From positions 82,905 to 146,904 of the forward strand of contig JACKFX010000002.1 in NCBI GenBank assembly GCA_020632255.1: 64,000 nt of DNA. The letters are read 5' to 3'. Source of the DNA: Pseudomonadales bacterium (lineage in GTDB: Bacteria; Patescibacteriota; Microgenomatia; UBA1400; PJMF01). This document shows, one piece after another, positions 10,524 to 20,035 of this stretch (positions are counted from its first letter, which is position 1; the number at the start of each line of letters is the position of its first letter). The translations under genes were made by a program, and so were the position numbers. The notes under the pieces were generated by a model. That model made no database searches. It had not been told where the DNA came from and saw only the letters and a program-made list of their open reading frames with translations.

Positions 10524-11543
10524 CTACAACTCTGATAAGACTGCTACCTGATGTCCAATTGCGTCTGTAATGAACGGCGGTCTCATGCCCGCAGTGAAGC
10601 TTTCAGGCTCTAAGTATCGAACCATTGGAAACTCTGTTGAATACGTTCCAGTGGTTGTAGTGATTATTTCGCCTGTTTGTGGGTGAACATAGAGTGGCTG
10701 CCACCAGCTGCCATTTGTTTGTATAACAAGATAGTGATAACCCCCATTACTCTCGATATATCGGGTGTAGAACAATTCCTCTGGACTAGGTAGAGGGTAA
10801 ACAGCCAAAACAAACTCGCTTACATTTCCAGCTTCATCACGCAGTACAATCGAACTTTGTTGCACTTCCCCATTTTTTTCGCCATCTGAGAGTTGAAACT
10901 GATACTTTCCACCAATCCAGGTAAACTCTCCAAGTGAGCTGCTTACAACTACCGGACTGGTATCAGAGACCGCTAACTCTAACTGAGTTTCTGCACTTAT
11001 GACGGCAACATCTTGGTGTTTGACAGTAATACTCACAGATTCTGAAAGTAAGTGTGACACAAAACTAAGTGTGTCTTGTCCAGCGGTGTTCGGCACCACA
11101 ACCACATGAGGTGAGGTATCTTGAATCTCAAGACAATCAAGCACAAGTACATCGTTGACTGCATTTTTTATAACCAAACACGGTTCTGATTGATAGCGGT
11201 TCGGAACTGCACTAAACATAATTTCCAGCACAGTGAAAGGTAGATTTGTTGAGACTTCGATTGATTTTTCTTCATTCCCAGTTAATTCCAGCTGAGTTTG
11301 CTGATCTTCACTTGAGTTTACATCAAGTGAATATTCCCGTTCACCGACAGTCAGAGTAACTACCGCAGTAGGTGCTTGAAAATCCGGTACCGTGAATTGA
11401 GCAACGTGTGCCTGAACAGTTCCAGAAAAAAATGAGTGGAGCTGTTGGGGACGAACAAGTAGCGACAAAGATAAGAATGCTAGTATCCCGGTGAATGATA
11501 CTCCCATGGTAACACTGTGACGACTACTTGTTCTTACTTTCAT
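10524..11543 (-). CDS. Secreted protein; hypothetical
   Basis: 339 aa. Signal peptide (MGVSFTGILAFLSLSLLV) followed by GTVQAHVAQFTVPDF. Lies 16 nt downstream of the TasA-like gene. Confidence 0.45.
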   Translation of the reverse strand: MKVRTSSRHSVTMGVSFTGILAFLSLSLLVRPQQLHSFFSGTVQAHVAQFTVPDFQAPTAVVTLTVGEREYSLDVNSSEDQQTQLELTGNEEKSIEVSTNLPFTVLEIMFSAVPNRYQSEPCLVIKNAVNDVLVLDCLEIQDTSPHVVVVPNTAGQDTLSFVSHLLSESVSITVKHQDVAVISAETQLELAVSDTSPVVVSSSLGEFTWIGGKYQFQLSDGEKNGEVQQSSIVLRDEAGNVSEFVLAVYPLPSPEELFYTRYIESNGGYHYLVIQTNGSWWQPLYVHPQTGEIITTTTGTYSTEFPMVRYLEPESFTAGMRPPFITDAIGHQVAVLSEL

Positions 11544-11559
11544 ACCTCACTACCCTTGC

Positions 11560-12114
11560 TTAATTGGTAGGCCAGGGAACTTGATCGCCTGTCTCTTTAA
11601 CTGCTACAACTGCCTCCACATCAAAACTTTGCATCATGTATTCAAGCCCTACTGACTCATCGAGCATCGTCTCAACTTGTACCGTCCATGATTGACCTGG
11701 AGATAGCTCCCATAATGCATCTTCCATCCCGAACTCACTGAAGAAAAACTCACCATCTAAAGCAAATGGGAAGTCATACACTGTTTGAAACCCTGAACCC
11801 GTATCAACAGCAAGCGAAACGCCACTAACTGCGTTCGGATCTAACAAGGGATCTGACCACATTGTCTCCAGCTGACTCTTCACATGTACGGGCACTGTAC
11901 CGACGTTTTCGATGGTATACAAAAACTGCTGTGTACCTCCTGGAATAATGTTCTGTCCATCAACCTCGACTGCTGAAACAATCACATCGGTTGATGCCGT
12001 CTCGAACCCACCCAACGGGGCCCGCTTTATAAAAGTAAAGTATGCCATCACTGTCCCCACAGACACGGCGAAAAGAGTGAAAACACTGGCGGCAATTAGC
12101 GTCTTTCTGCGCAT
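11560..12114 (-). CDS. TasA/camelysin (M73)-like secreted protein with a SipW-cognate-type signal region
   Basis: 184 aa. MRRKTLIAASVFTLFAVSVGTVMAYFTF resembles the GGGT(F/W)A(Y/A)F(S/N)D junction of camelysin and TasA. Beta-rich remainder. Confidence 0.45.
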   Translation of the reverse strand: MRRKTLIAASVFTLFAVSVGTVMAYFTFIKRAPLGGFETASTDVIVSAVEVDGQNIIPGGTQQFLYTIENVGTVPVHVKSQLETMWSDPLLDPNAVSGVSLAVDTGSGFQTVYDFPFALDGEFFFSEFGMEDALWELSPGQSWTVQVETMLDESVGLEYMMQSFDVEAVVAVKETGDQVPWPTN

Positions 12115-12192
12115 AAAAATCTCCTGTTAGTTAGTACTACAGGAATTCTAGGGCACGATTATGACAGGAAATGTAGCGTAGCTTGGGACGCA

Positions 12193-12219
12193 AATGGCGC
12201 CGGCAAAGCCGGCGCCATT
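12193..12219. repeat. GC-rich perfect hairpin palindrome AATGGCGCCGGC-aaa-GCCGGCGCCATT
   Basis: 12-bp arms with a 3-nt loop. Sits in the 127-bp spacer between the giant-protein stop and the TasA-like start. A CUUUUCC run follows on the + strand. Resembles the palindrome at 59595..59622. Confidence 0.6.
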
Positions 12220-12241
12220 CTTTTCCATTTACTACTCTGGA

Positions 12242-15200
12242 TTATGCTTCTTCGATAAACCCATAGGCTAGAAGTTTAGTTACCACAGCGGTCACTAGCG
12301 CAAGCCCTGGGAACCATTGGGTGATCATGGCTAACCATGAACCATCGACGTAACAGCCAGCATCTTTGAAGACGTAGAAGACTGCTACTACTCCAACGGT
12401 GATTGCTGCCACAACACCGAGCTTGAGTAAACCTGGAGTTCTGCGGAAGAACTCAAATGCAAGGATTGAGAGCAACTGCAATGCGAGCAAGATAAGTGGC
12501 AAGTAGTACTTCCAAGCTGAACAGCTGGTTGCACCGAGTACTTCACCTTCCTCAGCTGCCTCTTCTGAGCCAGATTTTTCTGAGCCTTCATCTGTAGCTT
12601 TTTCATCTTCCTGTGAAGATCCGTTGCTACGTGCGCCGAGAATTGCTCCTCGGATACTGTCGCCTTCAATGGTGTCAGTGACACCTAAGACTGTTTCAGT
12701 TCCAGTTGAAGGTTCTGGGCCAACTCGGAACGAGACCTTTGATTCTTTAAAGTTACCGGCATCATCCATAGCTTTAACTGAAAACTCCCAGACACCATCT
12801 TTAAGCTGATCAAGCTTGTGCTTGAAGGTATCGCGACCAACGGTTGCACCTCGAACAGTACCATCCTGATGCTTCCACTCGAGGACGTAACGAGTAACGT
12901 CACTGTCATCCTTTGGTCTTTCCCAAACACCATCTGCATCATCTGCAGTGATGTTTTCAACTCGAACGTTAAGTGGGTAGTCTGCAGGATCGGTGTTGTC
13001 GTAGCGAACATCTTTGACACCGAGATCAGAAACATTACCTACTGAGTCAACTGCTCGATAGTAGAGAATGTTTTGACGCTGTGATGGAGGCTTAATTGGA
13101 CCAGTGTAGGTTGTCCAGTTACCATCAGTAGTGGTATTCCATTGATACTCGATGTAATCAACATCATAGTTGTCAGATGCTGTCAGAGTAATTTCTGGTT
13201 CATAGAGTTTGTACCAACCGTTATTTCCATCTGGAGTTGCAGGATCGATTGTCAGTACGACCTCTGGAATAGTCTTGTCGTAGACAATCTTAATGGTATA
13301 GGTTGTCTCCACGTTGCCAGCGTTGTCGGTGGCGTGTGAAGTGATGTCGTAGATACCTTCTTCGACTGAAGCTTCAGGAATCTGATAGCTCCATGTGTCT
13401 GTACCGGTTGCAGGGACCTGTACTACGCCGGCCTGCCATTCCCCAGTGTCATGATTCCAGTAGACACTGTCAGTTGATCCAAATGGTGTGTACATGATCT
13501 CAAGATCGACTTTAGCTACACCTGAAGTTGCATCAGTTGCAGTTCCTTCAATCAGACCATCAAAACTGTTGGTTTCGACTTCTTCACCACTTTGAGCAGT
13601 GTTGAAGGTAGTAATCACGCTTGATGGATTGACTGTGTCATAAGTATAGGTAACAGCGTCACTCCATGCTCCAACATTACCAAGTGCATCATAGGCACGC
13701 ACTTGAATAGTGAAGTCTCCTTGTACATTTCCTGAAAGACCTTGATCACGATAGAGTCGTGATGCAGGGACCTCTCGATATGCTACCGTTGGAACACCGT
13801 TAACTAAGTACTCGTACTTAATCTCATACTTGTCCATACCGCTTGGGTCGGTCACTTCGGTCCACTCTGCACGGATGGTGTTTACGTTGAAGTACTCACC
13901 TGCAGTTGGAGCAGTGATTGTTGGGACGCCAACAGTATTATCTACCGTTACAGTAACCCAAGACCTTGAACCTGCATCTTTGTTGTCTGCAGCGTCTCGA
14001 GCCTCAAGCTTAATGGTGTAATCTCCACTTGGAAGTGATGAGGTATCCCAGCTTAGAAGTAACTTGTCTGTGAATGAAGTAGTATCATTAACAACTCCAG
14101 GACCTGCAACGGTTTGACCGATGCTGTTCTGAATCACAAACCAGTAGTGATGTGGATTATCGTCTGTGACCGTTCCACGAACATCTACCATACCATGAAC
14201 GATTCCTGCAGTTGGAGTTGTAACTTCGACATCAGGAGCCTGCCAGTCGGTAGTAATAGTACAAGTATTTGACCATCCTGAAGTGTTACCCAAAACGTCA
14301 ACAGATCGTACTTTAATATGATGTGCACCCTCATTAAGTGAACCACTGTACTGAGACTGGGTCAGGTTTGTTGACCAAACACCACGAGTGCCATTTGTCT
14401 TTGGATAGTCAATGTTGTACTCATAGTGATCAAATCCTGCTCCTGAATCTGTTGAGTCAGTCCAATCTACAGTGGTGTTATGAATGTTTGTTATTGCATT
14501 ACACTGTAAATCAGGTGAAACAAAACCTAAGACTTGTGGAGTAGTTGGAGCACTCTTATCGTAGTTAATTTCACAGAAATTACTCCACTCAGAAATTGGC
14601 TCACCTTCGTCAAACCTATTATTACTGTTAAGGTCTGAGTATGCTCTTACACGAGTTTTGTAAGTACCCTCGTTACCACCAAATGTTCCCCAACCTGCAT
14701 AAAAGTTGTCGTAATCATCAGTAAGTGTAGCTAGTACTGACATGTTGTCTGCATCAGCACTTGATGCTAAAGTTACTCTACTTGATTGACCCAGGATAAT
14801 GTCATTCAATCCACCAGGTCTCTGGTTGTGTCGAATATATTTAACATTACTTGCAGATGATGAAACATCAGTCCATGTAGCAGAGGTTTTAACACTGCCA
14901 TTAACTGAAGCTCCACAAACTAAGTCTACAGGGGTGTCAGTTAGTGAACTGCTGTTTTGGAGGTTAAATCCAAGCATTTCTGGAGTTTCTGGGTTAGCTT
15001 GAGTGTAACCTACTCCCAAATATGCTGCTGAGTTTCCATCTAGAGTAGTTTCCCAACATCTTTCAAACTCATCAGATGCAGAAGATTGATTTTCAACAAC
15101 CACTGCATCAGCATAACCTGATGGTGTTTGGTTATTAACATTGACGACATGTTGACCGAGCGCCGCAGGAGACTGGTTATAGCCAACCTTTTCGACACCA

Positions 15201-18187
15201 CATACTCTGTAAGTATTGTTTTCATTAAGAAGACCTTCAAAAGTATACTGTCCAACTTCTGCAGTCTTTGGGGTGGTTTGCTCTTCAACAAAATTCCATG
15301 AGCTGTCATATAAACGAACAGTAAATCCGTCCATTCTTCCATCTGGGTGATCTCCATCTGAAACAAGTCTTAATCCATTATTGTTCTTATCAATAAAGGT
15401 TCTTCCAATAATTTTTCCTAGACAGTCACCTGCATATGATGGATTGTTAAGATCATTAGATGTTAACCAAGGACAGTAAGAAACATTCGTTGAAACTGCA
15501 TCTCCTGTTCCAGGTCCCTCTCCGTCTGGACCACTTGCGTCTCCCCACCAGTTTTTACTTCCATCTACTGATGAAACTGACATGTTGATAAGTCCACCAT
15601 AGTAAGAACCATCAGAGCCAATATAAGTTTGTGCATTTCCTGAAATAATGTTATTTGTAACTACAACATTGGTTGGTCCAGCATTATTTTTTCCTGGCTC
15701 GCCAAGTCTAATACCTCTTTCATTATTAGTAACGGTATTGCCTGTAATGGTTACATTAGAAAGCGTAGCTGGATGTGCTCCATAGGTTGAGCCATCATCA
15801 CGGGCTTTAATCTCAAGTGCAGCACCTTCTTTAACATCATAAGCATTTCCGCTAAATGAACTACCAGTTACAGAAATATTTTGATAATTTTCTTCACCTT
15901 TTAAATTAATGTCGAAACCAGCGTTCCAATCATTATTCCAGAAAGCTGTGTTTCTTCCATTTTCAATGACACTAACATTTGAGAAGCTCGTATCTGAGAG
16001 TTTCTCAACGTAGAGCCCCTTGGCATCGTTATAACTGAAACTTGTTGATTCAACAGTAATATTTGTCGCATTACTTCCACCTGGACCCCAATTACCGTGT
16101 TTGGCAAAATACCAACCATAGGTAAGATGATCAAATGCCGAATCTACAATGTAAAAATCATCAATTGAGCCATTAGTTGAAACCTTAAATCCAGTTTCGC
16201 TTTCAGTATCATTATTCTGATTAGTACCAACAATGTGGACATTATTTAACTCAACATGGCTTACTGTTTTGTCATCTCGGACTTCTAATCCATAGACATT
16301 GACAGGTTCTATGCGCAAATCTTTAATTAACAATTTATCTGTAGAATCTGCTCCAGACGCTTCAAGATTTATAACTCTAAGATTAGATTCCTTTTGTAAA
16401 ACAGTATTTGTGTTTGAATCTGAACCAGAGCCAACTCCAATAAGATCTACATTTTTATTCACAGTGATATTTTCAGTAAACAAACCAGCAAGGATATTGA
16501 TCTGATCATTATCGGTCGAAGCATCAATTGCATCTTGAATTTTCATACCTTTAAGAACCCAATATGTGTCCTCTGCTGTGTTATAAATTAAAATGTCTGT
16601 GTAACTAAATAATCCTGAGCTCATCAAGCCCATTGCAAAGTTTTTGGCATCAGCCAAGCTTTCCTGGTAATACCATTGCATGTAGTCATCGCCTTCACGG
16701 AATGTGTAAACAACATATCCTAATGAGCTAGGTGTGGTAACAGATCCAAATGCTGGATATGTTGGAGGATCTTTTTCGAGTAAAAACTTTGCTGTTTCTG
16801 CTGCTGAAAATGAACCTGAAAATACGATGTTATCTGGACTAACACTTACTGCCTGAACAGAAACACCTCCCCATGGATTACCTGAAGTTGAAATGTTATG
16901 TACAGTTACATTTTGTGAATCCAAAAGCATTAATCCAAATCCACCAGCTGTATCATACACTTCAATATCACTTAATGATGCTGAGGTAACTGTATTTAGA
17001 TCAATTCCAGTCTTTCCTGAATCTTGAACTTTTATATTCTCTAGAGTCACATTATCAACGTGTGAAACTTTAAAACCATAATGGTTGCTACCAATAAGTG
17101 TTAAATCTCTAACTGTGGTATCGTCTCCAAAGTTGCTAATCGCATAACCAGAGAGTCCTTCTGCATCAACAATTGTCACATCCTTACCTGCACCATCAAT
17201 AGTAAGAGACTTACCTTGAAGATTAAGTGTTTCTTCAAAGTTTCCATTTTGAACATAAATAGTTGAGCCATTAGTTGCGGCATTAATTGCCTGTTGAATT
17301 GTGTTATAACAATCTGTTGCTGTAGATGCACCTGCATCAATACATGCTTGGCCAGATAAAGCTGAAGGTGTAGTGACTACAAAGATTGTGAAATGAGTGA
17401 GACCACTCACTTTTTGTTGTTTTCCAACTACTAAACTTTCTACATAGTTTGCTGATTTCAGAGATGAAAGATCTTCTGCATACTTTACATCTGTTTCATC
17501 ACTCCCCTCCGGCCGTGGCAACGTGAGTTCATACTCAAATGTGCCATCTTCCATGCTCGAAGTGATGTCGTAGGCGACAGTGCTGAGAGCGCCAAGTTCG
17601 GCGACTTGCTCGTCGGTTAGGGTGATTTCTTCGATTGAGAGTGTTCCAGGGTTTTCTGGCAACTTGGTAAAGGTGATGGTAACGTCATCATTTTGTGGAG
17701 CTACGTACTTGGTGCCAAGTTCTACTTGGGCAACGGTTGCGACTGCACCGGAGCGAAGCCAAAGTACACCATCAGTGATTTCGTATTCTGCCTTGTAGTT
17801 AGCGTTGCTTAACACAACGGTACCAGAGACAACTTCGTCAGCGACACAGTCTTCACCAGAACAGGTCCCGGCATAGATAGTCTCGCTAAAAGTACCATCG
17901 GTAACTTCAGCAGTGCCTATGACAGCTTCTTCAGGAAGTTCTGGATCAGAGCCACGGTAAGAAAGGACGTAGTCAACTGCGTCACTGGCAGCACCAGTTA
18001 AAGTAAATTCATTTGAGTCTTTATCGAAAGAGAGTGCAACTCCACTAACAGCAACTTCTTGAACCTCGGTAGCAGCGTAGGCAGGAGTTACTAAAAATGC
18101 AGCCGGAGCCACAGTTTGAAAGAGCATCAACACAATGTTGAAGAGGGCGTATACCTGTTGAATATGTTTTTTGAGCATTTTTATCAT
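12242..18187 (-). CDS. Giant cell-surface protein with parallel beta-helix repeats, Ig/FN3-like domains and a C-terminal membrane anchor. The start could be 18247, 18187 or 18178.
   Basis: Uninterrupted 2001-codon ORF. Sec signal peptide (MLKKHIQQVYALFNIVLMLFQTVAPAAFLVTPAYA). NxxG beta-helix repeats (GNTVTNNERGIRLG, NNIISGNAQ). Many T/S/D/N-rich beta domains. Two hydrophobic helices at the extreme C-terminus. An AAGGAAG SD lies upstream of the in-frame ATGs at 18187 and 18178. Confidence 0.8.
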   Translation of the reverse strand: MIKMLKKHIQQVYALFNIVLMLFQTVAPAAFLVTPAYAATEVQEVAVSGVALSFDKDSNEFTLTGAASDAVDYVLSYRGSDPELPEEAVIGTAEVTDGTFSETIYAGTCSGEDCVADEVVSGTVVLSNANYKAEYEITDGVLWLRSGAVATVAQVELGTKYVAPQNDDVTITFTKLPENPGTLSIEEITLTDEQVAELGALSTVAYDITSSMEDGTFEYELTLPRPEGSDETDVKYAEDLSSLKSANYVESLVVGKQQKVSGLTHFTIFVVTTPSALSGQACIDAGASTATDCYNTIQQAINAATNGSTIYVQNGNFEETLNLQGKSLTIDGAGKDVTIVDAEGLSGYAISNFGDDTTVRDLTLIGSNHYGFKVSHVDNVTLENIKVQDSGKTGIDLNTVTSASLSDIEVYDTAGGFGLMLLDSQNVTVHNISTSGNPWGGVSVQAVSVSPDNIVFSGSFSAAETAKFLLEKDPPTYPAFGSVTTPSSLGYVVYTFREGDDYMQWYYQESLADAKNFAMGLMSSGLFSYTDILIYNTAEDTYWVLKGMKIQDAIDASTDNDQINILAGLFTENITVNKNVDLIGVGSGSDSNTNTVLQKESNLRVINLEASGADSTDKLLIKDLRIEPVNVYGLEVRDDKTVSHVELNNVHIVGTNQNNDTESETGFKVSTNGSIDDFYIVDSAFDHLTYGWYFAKHGNWGPGGSNATNITVESTSFSYNDAKGLYVEKLSDTSFSNVSVIENGRNTAFWNNDWNAGFDINLKGEENYQNISVTGSSFSGNAYDVKEGAALEIKARDDGSTYGAHPATLSNVTITGNTVTNNERGIRLGEPGKNNAGPTNVVVTNNIISGNAQTYIGSDGSYYGGLINMSVSSVDGSKNWWGDASGPDGEGPGTGDAVSTNVSYCPWLTSNDLNNPSYAGDCLGKIIGRTFIDKNNNGLRLVSDGDHPDGRMDGFTVRLYDSSWNFVEEQTTPKTAEVGQYTFEGLLNENNTYRVCGVEKVGYNQSPAALGQHVVNVNNQTPSGYADAVVVENQSSASDEFERCWETTLDGNSAAYLGVGYTQANPETPEMLGFNLQNSSSLTDTPVDLVCGASVNGSVKTSATWTDVSSSASNVKYIRHNQRPGGLNDIILGQSSRVTLASSADADNMSVLATLTDDYDNFYAGWGTFGGNEGTYKTRVRAYSDLNSNNRFDEGEPISEWSNFCEINYDKSAPTTPQVLGFVSPDLQCNAITNIHNTTVDWTDSTDSGAGFDHYEYNIDYPKTNGTRGVWSTNLTQSQYSGSLNEGAHHIKVRSVDVLGNTSGWSNTCTITTDWQAPDVEVTTPTAGIVHGMVDVRGTVTDDNPHHYWFVIQNSIGQTVAGPGVVNDTTSFTDKLLLSWDTSSLPSGDYTIKLEARDAADNKDAGSRSWVTVTVDNTVGVPTITAPTAGEYFNVNTIRAEWTEVTDPSGMDKYEIKYEYLVNGVPTVAYREVPASRLYRDQGLSGNVQGDFTIQVRAYDALGNVGAWSDAVTYTYDTVNPSSVITTFNTAQSGEEVETNSFDGLIEGTATDATSGVAKVDLEIMYTPFGSTDSVYWNHDTGEWQAGVVQVPATGTDTWSYQIPEASVEEGIYDITSHATDNAGNVETTYTIKIVYDKTIPEVVLTIDPATPDGNNGWYKLYEPEITLTASDNYDVDYIEYQWNTTTDGNWTTYTGPIKPPSQRQNILYYRAVDSVGNVSDLGVKDVRYDNTDPADYPLNVRVENITADDADGVWERPKDDSDVTRYVLEWKHQDGTVRGATVGRDTFKHKLDQLKDGVWEFSVKAMDDAGNFKESKVSFRVGPEPSTGTETVLGVTDTIEGDSIRGAILGARSNGSSQEDEKATDEGSEKSGSEEAAEEGEVLGATSCSAWKYYLPLILLALQLLSILAFEFFRRTPGLLKLGVVAAITVGVVAVFYVFKDAGCYVDGSWLAMITQWFPGLALVTAVVTKLLAYGFIEEA

Positions 18188-18371
18188 GCTTCCTTTTCTA
18201 AGTGCACACCTGCTACGCGTGCATTTTACTGTTAGGTACAAAGACAAGACAGACGAAAAAATCGCCCTTCAAATCCAATCCTACTATATCAGAATGGAAC
18301 TTGCAAGGATGAAACTCGACGGATATATCAATAAATACACACTACTTACACATCTGGGAAAACAAATATAC

Positions 18372-19565
18372 TTAAAAGAAGCGTCGCTTCACTTTTTCGA
18401 AAATAGTTTCACCAGGTATATACTTTTGGACAATCAGGTAGGTCACAAACAGGATCAAACCAGAGGCCACATAGGGGGCATCCTTCGAAACAACCGCATA
18501 GAGTTCACCCCCCAGAACTGGACCCAAAATGCGGCCCAAACTGGCAGAAGATTGTAGGAAACCCAATGTTCCCCCATATTCTTCTTTGTCAACATTTTCG
18601 GATGCAATTGATTGAATGGTTGGATTAGCCAAACTATTTCCCATCACTAGTAACCCAGTAGAAAGCAGTAATAACCCGATATGAATCGAAAGTGGAATAC
18701 CAGCTAACCCGAGTCCAAGTAAGGGAATACTCATCTTAAAGACGGTTCGCTCACCAAAACGCTTAACCACTCGTGGCAAGACTACTAACTGCATGATTAC
18801 AGACATCACACCGATATAGGCAAATAAGTAGCCCGTTTGGGTTGGACCCCATCCAAGTGTATCTTGGCTCCAAAGTGCAAACGTACCCTGCATGGCAGAA
18901 AATGCCAAACTAATTAAAAAGAAAACCCCAATTAATATTCCCAACACCGGTGTAGCTAATGTTTCTTTCAGTTTTGAAAATGAAAAGCTTGCTTGCTTTT
19001 TTGTAACCGCAGCTTTGACATCAACTGTTTCTTCTAAGAAGAGCGCAGTAGAAATCGCCGCTATACCAGCAATACCAGCGGCAAAGAAAGCCGGTACCCA
19101 GAAACCCCACTGTGATAAGAAACCACCAAGAGCAGGCCCAAAGATGAAACCAAGTCCAAAGGCAGCCCCCAGCATTCCCATACCTTTTGCACGATCTTTT
19201 GTTGTAGTCACGTCTGCGATATAGGCTTGTGCAATTGAAATATTTCCACCAGTGATACCATCTACAATTCGAGCTAAGAACAAGAGTGGTAAGGTATGAG
19301 CAACACCTAAGAGGATGAAACCGGCCACAGTTCCCAATTGAGAAATAAATAACAACTTCTTACGTCCGTATCTATCCGAGAGTCGTCCCATGATTGGAGC
19401 TGCAATAAACTGAAAGAATGAGTATGCAGCAGCAAGAAGTCCAATTTGAAGTGGATTAGCCTGAAATTTCTCTGCAATGAAAGGCAAAAGGGGCAAGATT
19501 AGACCAAACCCCAATAAGTCGATAAATACAATTAAGAAAATAGTCAGTAAGCCTTTTTGTTTCAT
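18372..19565 (-). CDS. MFS transporter
   Basis: 397 aa, 12 TM. MFS loop motif GRLSDRYGRKK between TM2 and TM3. Confidence 0.85.
   Translation of the reverse strand: MKQKGLLTIFLIVFIDLLGFGLILPLLPFIAEKFQANPLQIGLLAAAYSFFQFIAAPIMGRLSDRYGRKKLLFISQLGTVAGFILLGVAHTLPLLFLARIVDGITGGNISIAQAYIADVTTTKDRAKGMGMLGAAFGLGFIFGPALGGFLSQWGFWVPAFFAAGIAGIAAISTALFLEETVDVKAAVTKKQASFSFSKLKETLATPVLGILIGVFFLISLAFSAMQGTFALWSQDTLGWGPTQTGYLFAYIGVMSVIMQLVVLPRVVKRFGERTVFKMSIPLLGLGLAGIPLSIHIGLLLLSTGLLVMGNSLANPTIQSIASENVDKEEYGGTLGFLQSSASLGRILGPVLGGELYAVVSKDAPYVASGLILFVTYLIVQKYIPGETIFEKVKRRFF
18375..18398 (-). terminator. Putative intrinsic terminator overlapping the MFS stop codon
   Basis: On the minus strand the sequence reads GAAGCG-a-CGCUUC followed by UUUUAA. 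The hairpin encodes the last residues KRRFF and the U-run contains the stop codon. Confidence 0.35.
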
Positions 19566-19870
19566 AAGTTTTGATTCTGTTACCTCCAGAAAAATTAGTA
19601 TACTCCCTAAATCTGCCTTTTCCTAGCGTTTAAAAGTTCTGTGCGTAGGTACCCAGAGTTGATGCACCACTACATTGAGTTGGTGCATTACTACTTGTAC
19701 ATTACACATCTTATTCATCCACACACTAGGAACAAACAGTGCAGCTTGCTTAGTTCAGAAGAAAAATACTACAACAAAATGCTAGTAACGAACGCCTGAA
19801 TTCTGTTGAGTAGTAAATTTTTGACATTAGCATCCTACACTTGCATCCATGAGTAATAAAGGTGTACACA

Positions 19871-19899
19871 TTGACATAGGTATGAGTGCATGATATACT
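19871..19899 (+). promoter_or_regulatory. Sigma70-like promoter: TTGACA, 17-nt spacer, TATACT
   Basis: -35 TTGACA at 19871..19876 and -10 TATACT at 19894..19899 with a 17-nt spacer. Oriented toward the ORF at 20036. Confidence 0.45.
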
Positions 19900-19922
19900 A
19901 GTAATTAGACAACAACGCCTTG

Positions 19923-19945
19923 ACGTATCGCGCTGCGCGATACGT
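19923..19945. promoter_or_regulatory. 23-bp perfect palindrome ACGTATCGCGC-t-GCGCGATACGT; putative operator
   Basis: 11-1-11 perfect dyad about 20 nt downstream of the predicted transcription start. GC-rich in an AT-rich spacer. Followed by a second palindrome GTCAATTGAC at 19961..19970 and a T9 run at 19976..19984. Confidence 0.45.
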
Positions 19946-20035
19946 AATTACAACCGGCCAGTCAATTGACGGTCGTTTTTTTTTGTACTAGTTGCAAAAA
20001 AAAGCCGTCCTGGCCATTTAACAAGGAGAATAACA

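Noticed and set aside
12388-17798. About ten 60-116-aa ORFs on both strands inside 12242..18247
   Set aside because: All lie within the single uninterrupted 2001-codon frame of the giant surface protein. They are shadow ORFs of a long gene.
18171-18557. 128-aa + strand ORF spanning the giant-gene start, the intergenic spacer and the MFS 3' end
   Set aside because: It is antisense to two well-supported minus-strand genes, crosses their spacer, and has no RBS. It is an AT-rich read-through artefact.
19923-19945. Interpreting the 23-bp palindrome as a simple RNA terminator hairpin
   Set aside because: An 11-bp stem with a 1-nt loop cannot form as drawn. The perfect DNA-level symmetry is better explained by a protein-binding dyad, although a shorter-stem hairpin remains possible.
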